This document shows positions 13,690 through 27,626 of a stretch of DNA of 64,000 nt, piece after piece. Origin of the DNA: Vicugna vicugna (lineage: Eukaryota); NCBI GenBank assembly GCA_013265495.1, contig MU058650.1, positions 151,394-215,393 on the forward strand. Reading direction: 5' to 3'. Numbering within the stretch: the first letter of the stretch is position 1; each line of letters begins with the position of its first letter. Position numbers and translations under genes: made by a program. Under the pieces are notes generated by a model that did no database searches, had not been told where the DNA came from, and saw only the letters and a list, made by a program, of their open reading frames with translations.

Positions 13690-13925
13690 TACATTTGTAC
13701 CCATGCCAATTATATAATGATTAAGAGTCTGTTAAATTTGATCTGAATCTCTGCCCAAGTACATACAAGTTATATGACCCAGGACAGCTTGCTTGGTGTT
13801 TTGGTTTTCTCCTATGTAAAACTGAAATAATGGTAGTCTTCACTCCATAAAGCTATTGTGAACATTAAATGACATAATGTATGTTTAAAACAAACAAATG
13901 GATCACAATCAGCACTTAATGTCAG
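13690..13925 (+). mobile_element. MIR SINE remnant
   Basis: GGTTTTCTCCTATGTAAAACTGAAATAATGGTAG...ATTGTGAACATTAAATGACATAATGTATGT. Confidence 0.65.
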
Positions 13926-13926
13926 A

Positions 13927-13949
13927 CATCATCATCATCATCATCATCA
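13927..13949 (+). repeat. (CAT)n microsatellite, about 7.7 units
   Basis: Read directly from sequence. Confidence 0.95.
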
Positions 13950-14271
13950 AATTTTCACCTACAAATACTATTTATGGATAAAAGTATAGCTTTTACAATT
14001 CTCCTCTTTGAACTTTCCAATCTTTGCAGTTAGAATTTGTGTTTCCTCAACTTTCCTTAGCACTTTGTTTAAATCTTCATTATTCTAAAACTAAATTAAA
14101 GTCTGGCTTGTAGCATAGAATTTATTTCTCTAATATACAGATTTCTTAAAAGCAGTTTCTATATCAGATTTATTTTTATTTCCCCAGGAGATATTAAAAT
14201 GACTGATATCCAGAACATGTTTGTTGTATCAAGTACTTCTAGGTGACTAGTTACTGTTTCTAAATTGGTCT

Positions 14272-14787
14272 TGTAATAGAAAAGAACAAATCTGACTCCG
14301 TTTTAGATCTGTCCTTTTGGCTTTAACCCTGTGCCCTGTTTTCTAGGCTTAGTCTTGCTAGCTCTTCACCTTTTATAAAAGAAAGTTGTCTTTAGCCTGT
14401 CTGGTAAACAAGAGAGCCTATTCTCAAGGCCCTGACCTTTAAGAATAGTAACACTTTTGCACTCCTATAAAGATAACAAGTTGCAGAATAGAAAATAACA
14501 TTTGTTTTGTTAGAGGTTTTACAGGGGCACCAAGACTTGACCCACTGGACAGCTACAAGAACCAAGAATTCCTGCACCAAAAAGTTTGCAACAACCAACC
14601 ACACCCCTTCCCATATAAAACGAGCCTTAATTCTGACTTGGGTAAAATGGTTCTCCAAGACATTAGTCTGCCATCTTCTCGGTCTGCTGACTGTCCAAAT
14701 AAAGTTGCTATTCTTTGCCCCAACATCTCATCTCCTGATTTATTGGCCTGTGGTTGGGTGAGCAGAATGAGTCTGGACTCAGTAACA
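14272..14787 (+). mobile_element. ERV1 solo LTR, family A copy 2
   Basis: TGTAATAG...AGTAACA, TSD GTCT (14268-14271, 14788-14791), TATAAAA near 14614 and AATAAA near 14698. Confidence 0.9.
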
Positions 14788-15169
14788 GTCTCATTCTTTT
14801 AGTGCTTAGCAACAGTGTGATAAAGATAGCCATAATTTGATGAGGACACAGAATAAAACAAAATTAGGGAAAAGATAGAAAGGAACAACTAGAATATTTA
14901 TGCATTTTAATAATTTTTCCTTGTTTTAAAAATATAGGAAGTCCCAGAAAATGTCAAGGAGTAGGAAAAATATTTACCAATGATTTCTTCAGTACAAGCC
15001 AATTACAACATATTTTGACATCTACATTTTTATTGTTTTAATATATTTTTAACAAAGGTAAAGTCTGTGTGCATACACACATAAGAAAATTATATTCTTC
15101 CCATTTCACTCAATGTTGTATTATTAAACCCTTCCAATAAAATTTAAAAACTCTTTGCAAACATTTATT

Positions 15170-18008
15170 TTTGTTTCCATAGACAATCATGTCATCTGTG
15201 CATAGGAACTGTTTTGTATCTTCTTTTCCGGTCTGTGTGTTTATTTCTTTTTTCTACCTCATTGTGCTGGCTAGAACTTCCAGTATTATGTGGAAAGTAG
15301 TAATAAGGGATATATCCTTTCTGGTTTTGATTTTAGGGTAAAAGCTTTGCATCTTCCCACCTTTAAGTATAATAGATGTTAGCTATAAGATATTTTAAAA
15401 AATCAGTTTGATGATGTTCTATTCCTAGTTTTCTGAGAGATTTTATCATGAACATATATTGAATTTTTTCAATGCTTTGTGTATGTGTGTTTGCATCTGT
15501 TGATATAATCATGATTTTCTTCTTTAGAAAGACTGAATTGATTTATTTTTAAATATTGAATAAGACTTGCATCTCTAGAATAAATCTAATTTGGTTATAT
15601 ACTGTGATTATGTTTATATATTAAGAAATTTCATTTGTCAATATTTTGTTAAGAATCGTTACATCTACATCCATGAGGATTATTGGTCTATAGCTTTGTG
15701 TGTGTGTATTGTCTTGTCTAGTTTTTAGTACCAGGGTAGTTCTAGCTTCATAAAATGAACTGGAAATTGTTGTCTCTTATTCAGTTTTCTTGTGATGATT
15801 GTATAGAACTGATGTTAATTCTTCTTTGAATGTTTGGTAGAATTCTACAGGGAAACCATCTCAGCCTGGAGATTTCGTTTGGAGATTTGGAGTTCTTAAA
15901 TTGTGAATTCAATGTACTTAATAGTTATAAAGTTATTCAAAATATTTTTTTCATATTCTGTATTTTGTGCTTTTCAAAAAAATATGTGCATTTAATCTAA
16001 GTTGTCAGATTTAGTGTAGAGTTGTTTGTAATATTTCCATAACATCATTTGGATGTCTGCAAGGACTGTATTGATTTCCTTTGTCTTATTCCTAATGTTG
16101 CTAATATGTGTCTTTTCTCTTTTTTTTAATTGTTGGTCTTGCAAGAGGTTTGTCAATCTTACTGATCTTTTCAAAGCAGCAAATTTTTTATTCTCTGATT
16201 GTCCTCTATTATTTTTTCAGTTCTCTTTATTTTTGATTTTATATTTATTGTTTATTCTTCTGCTTCCTTCACATCAATTTACTCTTATTTTTCTATATTG
16301 TGAGTTGAGACTTTTCCCCCTTTTCTAGTGTCAAAATTAAGTGCTATTAATTTCTTTCTTAACATTGCTTAAGTTGGCCATATCAAACAAATTTTGATAT
16401 GTTGTTTTTTAATTTTTATTTAATTAAATATTTTTCATAGTTCTCTTGAAAATTCTTCCTTCACCCATGGAGTAATTGGAATTGTGTTCACTATATTCCA
16501 AGTGTTTCATGATTTTCTTGTTATCTTTCTATTATTATATGTAATTTGATTCCACTGAGTCTGGAGAATGCACTCTATGATTTTTAAATTATTTTATATT
16601 TATTGAAGTTTGTTTTGTGGCCCAGGATACTACCTTTCTTAGTATGTGTCTGATACTTGAAAACAAAGTGTCTTCTTCCCTTGTTGTGTAAAGTTCTATA
16701 AATAATAATTAGACCCCATTTGGTTAATAGTGATGTTGCAGTATATATACTTGCTGATTGTCATACAAATTGTTGAGCTGTAGTACTGACGTCGTCACTC
16801 AAAACGTGGATTTATCTATTTCCCCATTCAGTTCCGTCAGTTTTTGTTTTACATATTTTACAGCTCTACTATTTGGTTTATATACACATAGCATGGCTTT
16901 GTCTTCTTAGTGGGTTGACCCTTTCATCATTATATAATGTCCCTCTCTATGTTTCTGGTAATTTTCTTCACTCTAAAGCTTACTTTACTTGGTATTAATA
17001 TTGCTACTCCAGTTTTTCATTTTACTTTCTCTTTGTTTTCTTTTTCTCAACTTTCTGTGGATTATTACACATTTTAAAATTCCATTTGATTTGTCTATAC
17101 TGATTTTGAGTTGTCTTTCTATAAAGCTTTTAGTGATTACTCTAGGTATTACAATGTTTATATATAATTTATTGCACACGGCTTGTGTCAACATTTACTA
17201 CTTCAAATAAAGTGCAGAGATCTTACATCTCTGAGTGCCTTTACTCTCCAGTATTTATAAAATAATTGAACTAAATATTTCTTCTACATACATTTAGAGT
17301 TATATCAAATAATATTATAACTTTTGCTTCAACCGTCAACCATAATTTGAAAAACTCAAAAGGAGAAGGAAAATGTATATATGCCCATATTGTTATTGCA
17401 TACCACATACTGGTTTTTCTCCCTTCCTGATGTGTATAGAACTTTCTGTGTAGAGCTTTGAGTAGAAGACTCTTTTATATAGAGAGCTTGCTTTAGCTAT
17501 TACTTTATTGTAGATCTGCTGGCAGGAGAGCTGGGGGTACCTCTTTGCAGCCTGGTGAGTGTGAAAGTCTAAGCTTCAAACTTGGCTTCTATGGCATGGC
17601 TGGAAGTGAGACCAGTTTCCTACCACCCACTGTGGTGTTTAGTTGTAGCATAGCAGTTAGTATCTAAAAGTTTCCTGTCTTACCATGCTGCTTTTTTCCT
17701 GGTCCTTTAACTAGAGATAGCAAAGTTTATTTGTGCTTTTTTTTTTTTTTTTCCCTGAGCCCATTAGTGTTTCTGGTTTGCCAGCATCTTCAGCTTCAAG
17801 TCTAGATATATAAGGCAAAAAGAAAATCCAAGGAAGTCACCACTGTGTTGTTCTTTGGGTCCCAAATTGCCTAGCTTATCCACATTTTTCTCTCAACTTT
17901 GTGGAGTCTTTTTATGTTTATTTTATTCATAAAGCCCAAAGGTTTTAGTTGTGCTTAATGAGATAAATAGGAAAGGGCATATCAATCCACCTTCCCAGAA
18001 ATGGACAT
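15170..18008 (-). mobile_element. Ancient L1 (L1M-type): ORF2 5' half plus 5' terminus, ORF1 largely deleted
   Basis: Antisense RT motif AGACAATCATGTCATCTG (DDMIVY) at about 15181; minus ORF NIRNK..IN..YYKQLY; L1M-like 5' end around 17880-18008. Confidence 0.8.
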
Positions 18009-18009
18009 C

Positions 18010-21000
18010 TTAACAAAATTATTTATAAGTGCAAAATCTATGCATTAACAACTACAAAACTTGAGTGAAAAAAGACTAATATCTTGTAAATGGATAAATA
18101 TGGTGTTCATGGATTGGAAGACTTATTATTGCTAAAATCAATTCTCTACAACCAGATCTACAGATTCAGTGCAACCGCATTCAAAATCTTAGCAGAATTT
18201 TTAATATAAATAAATCATTTTCTGTAATTTATATAAAGAAGGATCTAGAATAGCCAAATACATTTAGTAAAAGAACAAATTTGAGGAATTTACACTAATG
18301 ATTTCAGGTCTTGAGATAAAGCTATGATAATCAGGACAGTGTTGGCAAAAGGAAAGATACATACATAAATGGGAAATAATATGAAGTCTAGAAATAGAGT
18401 CACACATATATGGCCAATTGATTTTCATAATGGTTTACAAGAAAATTAATGCAGGAAGAATAATCTTTTCAACAACTAATGTTAAATCATATATATAAAA
18501 AAGTTAACCTCAATCCATACATCACATCATATACAAAAATTAATTCAGAATGTATCATATATCCAAATGCAAAAATCTAAAACTATAAAATGTATTAAAG
18601 AAAATATTGAGGGGAAAATGTGTCACCTTGGGTTAAGCAAAGTTATCCTAGGTAAAATACAAAATGCACAATAAAAATTGATAAAATTTAGATTTTTTCA
18701 AAATTAAAAACTTTTGCTTCTCAAAACATACTTAAGAGAATGGAAGAAAAATAACAAGCTGAGAGAAAATATTTGCAAAGCATATATCCAGTAAAGGTCT
18801 TATATCAAAAATATATGAAGAACTGTAAAAGCTCAATAACTAGAAATCAAATAAACCCACAAAATAGGCAAAAGATTTGAATGAACATTTCACCCAAAGA
18901 AGATATAAAGTTGACAACCAACCAAATAAACATAATCTTGGTATCATTAGACATTAAAAAATGCACATTAAAACCATAATGAAATACCATTAATAACTTA
19001 GATAACCTTAGAATGGTTTAAAACAGTTAGGTTATGGAGCAACTTGAACTCTCATACATTGGTTTGGAAATCAGTGTGACAGTTTATTATAAAGTAAAAT
19101 ATACATATACATATTACCCAGAGATCCCACCCCTGGGTATTTGCTCAAGTGTTCCATACAAAGGAACAAGATAAAATACCAGAAGAAGAACTAACTGAAG
19201 TGGAGATAGGCAATATACCTGAGAAAGAGTTCAGGGTGGTGATTGTAAAGATGACCAAAGAACTTGGGAGAAAAACGGAAGCACATAGTGAGAAGTTAGA
19301 AGTTTTTAACACAGAGAAAATATAAAGAGCAACCAAACAGAGATAAAGAATGCAGTAACTGAAATGAAAAACACACTAGATGGAATCAGCAGTAGACTGT
19401 GAAACAGAGGAATAGGTCAGCAAGCTGAAAGACGAAGTAGTGGAAATCACTGATGCTAAACAGAAAATGAAATATAAAGAAATGAAGACATTTAAGAGAT
19501 CACTAGCACAACATCACTTGCACTAAAATTTATAATTCAGGGGCTACAGAAGGAGGAAAGAGAAAGGGGCTCATAATATATTTGAAGACATAATAGCTAG
19601 AAACTTCCCTACCCTGGGAAAGGAAACAGTCATCCAAATCCAGAAAGCATTTATGCAGAGAATTAACTCAAAGAGGAACTCTCTAAGTGAAAAAGAAAAA
19701 GCCACAGCTAGAAACAGAAAAATTACAGTATGAAAAAGCTCGTCAGTAAAAAGCAAGCATATAATAAAGACAGGAAATCATCCACACAAAACTGATAGAA
19801 ATGTTAAAAGATGATTCACTTCAGATCTAAAGACACACACAGAATTAAAGTGAGGAAATGGAAAAAGGTATTCCCCATAAATGAACATCAAAAGAAAGGC
19901 AAGGAAGCAAAACTTTGACAAAATAGAGTTTGAAATAAAAATTATGACCAGAGACATAGAAAGACATTGCTTAAAGATAAAGGGATGAATCCAAGCAGAA
20001 AATATAACTCTTGTAAATATATACGCACCCAACATATAAGCACCTAAATACATAAAACAAGTATTAATGAATATGAAGGGAGAAATAGAAATAAATTGTA
20101 ACACAATAAAGGTAGGGAAATTTAACACTCAACTTACATCAGTAGATCATCCCAACAACAACAACAACAACAACAAATCAATAAAGAAACACTGGCCTTA
20201 AATGATACATTATACAAAATGGCCTTTATATATAAAAATAACATTTATATATTAATTACATATATAATGTAAGTATACATTTGTAACTATTTAGATAGTT
20301 CCATCCAAAGCAGAAGTATGCACATTCTTCTCAAGTGCACATGAAACATTCTCTAGGATAGATCACATGCTAGGCCACAAAATATGTCTTGGTAAATTTG
20401 AGAAAAGTGAAATCATATCAAATGTCTCTTCTGACCACAGTGTTATGAGACTAGAAATCAACTACAAGAAAAAAAAAAACTACAAAAAAAAAAAGAAATA
20501 CAAACACATGGAGGCTAAACAATATGCTGCTAAACAACTAGTGGATCATGGATAAAAATCAAAGAGGAAACTAGAAAAAGAATACCCAGGGAAAATGAAA
20601 AATAAAACACTACAGTATAAAATCTACAAGACACAGCAAAAGCAGTCCTAAGAGGGAAGTTATAGTGATACAAGCTTACCTCAGGAAACAAGAAAAGTCT
20701 CCAGTAAGCAATCTAATCTTACACCTAAAGCAACTAGACAAAGGAAAAATAAAAACAAAACCCCATGGTAGTAGAAGAAAATAAATCATGAATATTAGAG
20801 CAGAAATAAATGAAATAGACAGTTAAAAATAGAAAAGATAGATGAAACAAAGAGCTGGTTCTTTGAAAAGATAAACAAAATTGATGAACTCTTAGCCAGA
20901 CTCATCAAGGGAAAAAGGAGAAGTTACAACTGACACCACAGAAATACAGGGGATCATAAAAGACTACTACAAACAACTATATGCCAATAAAATGGATAGC

Positions 21001-23280
21001 CTAGAAGAAATGGACAAAATCTTAGAAATGTACAATCTCCCAAGACTTAACCAGGAAAAAAATAGGAAACATGGGCACAGCAAATACTAGTAATGAAATT
21101 GAATCAGTAATTTTAAAACTCCAAACAAACAGAAGTCCTGGACCAGTTGGATTAGAAGTGAATTCTCCCAAACATTTAGAGAAGAGTTAACACCTGTCCT
21201 TCTGGCAACTATTCCAAATTTTGCAAAGGAAGAAAGACTTCCAAACTCAGTCTATGAGGCCAGGATCGCCCTAATACCAAAAACAGTCAAAGGTAATACA
21301 AAAAGAAATGAAGGTAGGAGGGAGGGAAGGAAGAAAAAAAAGAGAGAAAATTATAGGCCTGTATCACTGATGAAGATAGATGCAAAAATCTTCAATAAAA
21401 TATTAGCAAACTGAACACAATAGTATAGTAAAAGGATCATACACTGTGGTCAAGTGGGATTGATCTCAGGGATGCAAGGATTTTTCAATATCTGAAAATC
21501 AATCAATGTAATACGCCATATTTACAAACTGAAGAATAATCATACGATCATCTCAATAGATACAGATAAAGCTTTTGATAAAGTTCATCCATTTAAAACT
21601 TTAAAAAGACAAAGTGAGTATAGAGGGAACATATCTCAACATGATATTTGACAAACCCACAGCTAACATCATACTCAACAGTGAAAAGCTTAAAAATTTT
21701 CCTCTAAGATCAGGAACAAGACATGGATGCCCACTCTTGCCACTTTTATTTATATGGTATTGGAAGTCATGGCCACAGCAATCAGATAAGAAAAAGAAAA
21801 ATTTCAAGTTGAAAGGAAGTACAAGTCACTGTTTTCAGATAACATAATACTATCCATAAAAAAAATCCTAAAGTCACCACCAGAAAACTACTAGAACTCA
21901 TCAATGAATTTGGTAAAGTTACAACATACAAAATTAATATACATGTTGCCTTTCTATACACTAACAACAAACTATCAGAAAGAAATTAAGGAAACAATCA
22001 CATTTACAGTCACATCATAAAGAATAAAATACCTAGGATGATACTTACTTAAGGAGGTAGAAGACCCATACTTAGAAAACTAAAACCATGATGAAAAAAA
22101 TTGAAAATGACACAAACAGATGGAAAGATATACAGTATTCTTGGACTGGATAAGTTAATATTATTAAAATTATCTTACTATGCAAGGCAAGTTACAGAGT
22201 CAATACAACCCCTATCAATATGCCAATGGCATTTACCAAGAAAATAAAATAAATAATTTTAGAATTTGTCTGGCAACACAAAAGATCCCAAATATCCAAT
22301 GCAATCCTGAGAAAGAACAGAGCCAAAGAATCATGCTCCCTGACATCGGACAATACTACAAAGTTACAGTATGGTACTGGCATGAAAACAGACACATAGA
22401 TCAATGGAACAGGATAAAAAGCCCGGAAGTAAAGCAATGAACTTATGGTCAATTAATCTATGGCAAGAATATAGAATAAAGAAAACATAGACTCTTCAAT
22501 AAGTGGTGCTGGAAAAATTGGACAGCTAAGGGTAAAAGAATAAAATTAGGATATTCTCTAGCACTATAGACAAAAATAAAGTCAAATTGAATCACTGTAT
22601 TTTACTCCTGTAATTTATATAATATGATACACAAACTACATACTTCAGTAAAGAAAAAACTGATGATGTTATTAAGCAATGTGACCTCTCATACATTAAT
22701 TTGGAAGTGCAAAATGGTACAGCAACATTGAAAAATCAGTGTGACAGTTTCTTATAAATATGTACTTAGATATGACTGAGCAATCTCACCACTGGGTATA
22801 CGCTCAAGTGAAATGAAACTGTGTGTTCATACAAAGGCCTAGGCACAAATGTTCATAGAAGCTTTATTCATGATGCCAAAAACTGAAAATAATCCAAATG
22901 TTTATCAACTAGTGAACAGATGATAAAACAATAGTACAACAGAATACTGCTTGGCAAGAAAAGAACTGAATTACTGACACACACAATGCAGATGAATTTT
23001 GAAAGCTTATTGCCAGGTCAAATGGACCCAACTCAAAACTTTATACACTATGTGATTCCATTCATGTTACATTGTGGAATAGACATATTTATAGAAAGAA
23101 AAAAAGAAACTGAGGGGTGGTTTCCAGGTGCTTGGATAGGGACAATAAAGAATTTTTTCTCAGTGGAAATGTTGAGTATCTTGATTGTGGTGGTAGTTCT
23201 TATGAGGCTGTATGTGACTATCAAAACTGTAATTGTTCACTTTTAAAAGACTGAATATCAAACATTAATAAAAATATCCT
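18010..23280 (+). mobile_element. Ancient L1 3' portion (18010-19151 and 22656-23280) interrupted by a younger L1
   Basis: Decayed ORF2 motifs GTTCATGGATTGGAAGACT, CATATACAAAAATTAATTCAGAATG and AATGTTCATAGAAGCTTTATTCAT; ends in AATAAAAA. Confidence 0.8.
19152..22655 (+). mobile_element. Intermediate-age L1 with ORF1, endonuclease and RT remnants, several internal deletions and a terminal 3' UTR
   Basis: ORF fragments [54 protein letters not shown] and [15 protein letters not shown]. Confidence 0.92.
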
Positions 23281-23495
23281 TTAGTAGACACCTGGATCTC
23301 AGTATTATTATAGGAAAACTGGATTTTACTGAATTAAAAAGAAATACGAAATCACAGAGTTGAAGCATGGTATGTGTAACCTGTAGGGTTCAATGCCTTG
23401 TAAATCTCTCCATAACTGTTTGTTGAAGTTTTAATTGCGACACAATTCCTGATTTTTTCATTTCAGAGCAGCATCTTATAAGCGAAAAATTGTGG

Positions 23496-24021
23496 TGTTG
23501 GGGCCCAGCACAGGTTCCCCAAAATGTGCCTCTATGTCATGCTGATTATTTTGAATTAAAGTTACATAAAAAACAGCCAAAGCAATAGGGGCACTCTGAC
23601 ACTCCTCTCTCTCTCCCTGAAGGCAGGAAATAAGCCCCTCATGTGAAATGTGCACTCCCTGAGTCTGGAGACAGAAGGACACCCTCACTGCAGGAGGGAG
23701 TGAAATCGGGCCAAGAAGCCTGTATGTGCAAACGTTTTATTTTTTAAATTCACTACCCCAAGCTCAAAGTCTGTTCAGATTCTTTACTAATTGAGCACCC
23801 AGAACCTAAGTTTCTTTGTCCTGTTAATTCCTCACACACATACTGTTTCTTTGTCTGAAAAATATCAAAGCTGCCTGCTTTGACCACTTCTTAGGTCTCA
23901 TTTTTATGAGACCTCTGTGCACACTAATTAGAGCTTATTTATTTTTCTCCTGTTAATCTGCCTTGTGTTAAGACAAAAGAACTCAAGAGGAGTAGCGAGG
24001 GAAAATCCGCTCCCCCCAATA
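23496..24021 (+). mobile_element. ERV1 solo LTR, family B copy 1 (MER34/MER39-like)
   Basis: Starts TGTTGGGGCCCAG, TSD GTGG/ATGG; homologous to 51798-52328. Confidence 0.8.
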
Positions 24022-26959
24022 ATGGTTAAACTGAACATGCAGATGCCTACTGGCAAAAATATTGTACCAAGTGGGAATTATTTTCAAAATGAAGCACTCT
24101 AAGACAGCATTATCATTATAAATTATGAATTTCTATTCATTGTTCACATTTTTTATTGATTGGGCATCTATATTAATTTCTTTTTTAATTACATATGTCA
24201 GAAATAATTTAAAAGTACAGAAGTAAATTTACCAATTGTCTTAAACAGTATCACCATCTATTAATAGGTAGCTTTTTAAACCCAAGATATTTTTAGTTCC
24301 ACTGTAATTTTCATGAGTCATTTGGCATCGCTGAGCTGTATTTTATTTTATCATAGTGCCTTAGCACAAAAAAAATTAACACTGATAATGTAGAATATTG
24401 TATTAGGGTCTCCTTAGTTCGAGGAGACTTGAATAAATTTCGGATAGGCGAGTGCCCCTTTGCTATCCTTGGGACTGTCAATGAAGTGTCATATACATAA
24501 CTATGGAACAGACAGTGATAGCTGTTAATAGGTTATTCAGTAGTTATTTAACAAATATTTACTGAGTTTGTTTGTAAATTCTGCAACATGGGCCCCTAAA
24601 GACATTGTCCCCATAGGCATAAATGTCTTCTTGAGCGGTCTACTGGAGTTGCACACTACCGTGTGTGACTCATCTGCCACTGCTTCTGCAAAGTCTGTTT
24701 CATTTTATGCCCTAGGAATGAAAAAGGATTAAAATATCAATTTCATCCCCACCAACATAAAAACCATTTGAATGTCCAGGAAATCCTGGAACCTGATCAA
24801 GGGAAGTATAATAATATCGTAAAAAGAAAGGGCTCTGGAATGAAATAAAATTGGACAAATTCCAAGCTATGTGACTCTTATTTTGCTTCTATAATTTTAG
24901 ATTGCCTCATTTAGAGGGAGAGAGGAAATGATTATATTCTCTTTATAGTATTGTAAATGTCGTATGTAATTTTTGAAATGCATGGAAGTACAAAGCATAA
25001 GCAATACATTATAGTTCCACTTCCTGTTCTCCAGGCCTGATTCGTGAGTTGAGTAGATGCAGTTCCTATCTTTGTGGACCTTATGACTTGGGATCTAGAA
25101 TAATCACGTGGTTATTGAAGAAGTCAGTATAGCCTATAGGAGCCTGTCTATAAGTTACCTCTTAAATTCTGGCACTTGCTTTAATCTTGCTTATGCATTT
25201 GATAAAATAAAATTTATTTTCATCTACCATCCTATATTTGTGAAGAGGAAGAGGGGACTTCCTTTCTCAACTCAGGCCACAGTAGTAAAATTCTCTGTGA
25301 TAGACTCCGTAGATTCCCCACTGATGTCTCTAATTCTCTAGAGAAAAGTACAAATTAACTAAACTTTTGCTCAACTTTTTATTGAATAAAACTAACGTTG
25401 CTTAGTGCTACATAGTAAAGATGAACTGGGACAACTAAGACAACGTACATTGATGAAATATATGTTGCTTTTAGTATGGTAATCTGTTTAGACAGGAGGA
25501 CATAACTTTCACTATGGCCTGATACACAAGATGGTCAGTTGAGTTCTGGCAGTAGATTGATTTCTGAATGGTCAAATGAATCAGTATTAGCAGCTAAATG
25601 TACAGGAATTTATGTGTTGCATTTGTTGTTAAGATAGTTTAATGAAATTCATATTGTGTGGCATGTTTTTTAACCTTAAGCTCAACATTAATTAATGGTG
25701 AAAAATAGTCTGGATGGATGCTAGGTAAGTTACTCATGACATGAAATGGATATGACCTATGAATAATAATGCTTAGTATAATCATTAAGATTGTAACTAT
25801 TTTTATTGGGTTTTCTGTATTTTTCAACAAGTTCGTTATTGGTTGATCTATTCCTATGGAAATAATTTTTGTAGAAAACAATTACCATGAAATATCTCTT
25901 ACACCTTACAAACAGTACACTCACTATGCTTTTCTGAAAAGGTTACCAAAGTGCTTCATAATCAGATATGCTATTATTAGCTCTCTAGTGCATGGGAGGA
26001 GTTAAGATTTAGTAACTAAATATGATTTTCAATTATGCATAGCAAATCAGTAGCCAAGAGAGAAAATGAATCCTTTTGGGGCCTCATTCTGGGCTCTGGC
26101 CTGACCACAACATGTCATCAGCGTAAATCTACTCAGGGCATTCAGGGCATTTATTAACGAGGTCACGTGGATGTGCCAGGAATAGAGTGATTTTACTGAG
26201 TACTGTAGAATCACAAACAGCAGCCCTGAGTTAAACAGACATGAAATTTCAAACCTTCACACTGATAAACACATGTTGCAAAAGTGAAAGAAGATGAAAT
26301 GGGAAGGGCATTTTCTCCTCCTTCAAAACCCTTTATTCTGATTATTTTTAATTTCAGTTTGATCATAATGAAGGGAGCAAAAATACTGAAGTCATCACAT
26401 ACACTAAAGATATCAATTAGCAGATATTTTTACTATGTTCAACAAATGACTTTGGTAAAGTAGTGCTTTCGTTTGCAATTATGTTTGTCATCTTGATCCT
26501 AGGTTATTATCAATTGTTCTTTTATTAAACTATCAGATAACCTGGAAGAACATGAAGTTGGTATTTGAAATCTTATGTTTGATTCTTGGCTTTTCTCACC
26601 AGCTTTATATACTTTTGTGTAAGCCTTTGGACTAGAAATATGATATATTTTCATTTGGTCAAGTGTGTGCACCTGTAAAGAAGTTTAAAACCAAATATAG
26701 ATTTGAGATTTGTGCATTTATCTATATGTATGGTATATTTTTTTGAAATATAAATTTCTCTGTACACATACAGAGAAAGTTGTAGAACAGATACCAAACT
26801 GAGGATTTGTGTGTTCTCTAGAGGAGTAGGTAGAAAAAAATGAGAATTTAAAGAAAATGTTTTATCACATATTAATCTATGTATATGTGCATGTGTGTAC
26901 ATCTATATGCAGATATATAAACATATATGTATATATGCAATGTGTGTATACATATAAAC

Positions 26960-27626
26960 ACATATATACATGTGTATGTAATATTTTTATAGATTGTCCC
27001 ATATATTCCTGCAACTACTACTTGCTTCTATATTAAACATATGTGTTTGAGATGTCCTCATGTTAATGCATATAGATTTACCTCTTTTTTTGAGACTACT
27101 ACAAAATGTCTATTAGAAGGAAGAATCATACTTTGACAAATCATTCATTGATGGATTTTGAAATTTTTCTAGGGTAGGTTTGAAAAATAGAGTTGATTAT
27201 TAATAGGATATGAATATACTCCCCAAAGTGGCTGTACCAAATTACATGTGTACAAAAAATACATAACAATGTTTTTTCTCACTTCCTTGCAATAGTGATT
27301 TTATTACTTTTAATTTTTTTTGTCTGGAAGTTTTAAAATAATTTCAATTTCAATTTGCTTCTTTCTAAAACATCATTGCCTGTTTCTCCATCATACTTAT
27401 TGAGGTTTGTCCACTTTTATAAATTACATCTTCATATTATTTTCACCTTTTTGTTGGACTGTTTATATTTTTCTTATTTGCCTAATATATTTATTTGCAA
27501 ATAAATAATTTTCTATTATGTTCATTTGCAAATAAGTAATTTTCTGCTATCTTGGTGCCTGTGTTTCAACTCTGGTAATGTTTTTCCATCCTACAGAGGT
27601 TTTAAAATGTAATATAATCAAATAGC
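26960..27626 (-). mobile_element. Highly decayed L1 3' region hosting the PSIP1 retrocopy
   Basis: Antisense L1 motifs CCCCAAAGTGGCTGTACCAAATTACA and GAGGTTTTAAAATGTAATATAATCAAAT. Confidence 0.55.

Noticed and set aside
16053..17210. Hydrophobic ORFs resembling membrane proteins (also 31721, 32865, 46855)
   Set aside because: Antisense reading of A-rich L1 gives Phe/Leu/Ile-rich artefacts
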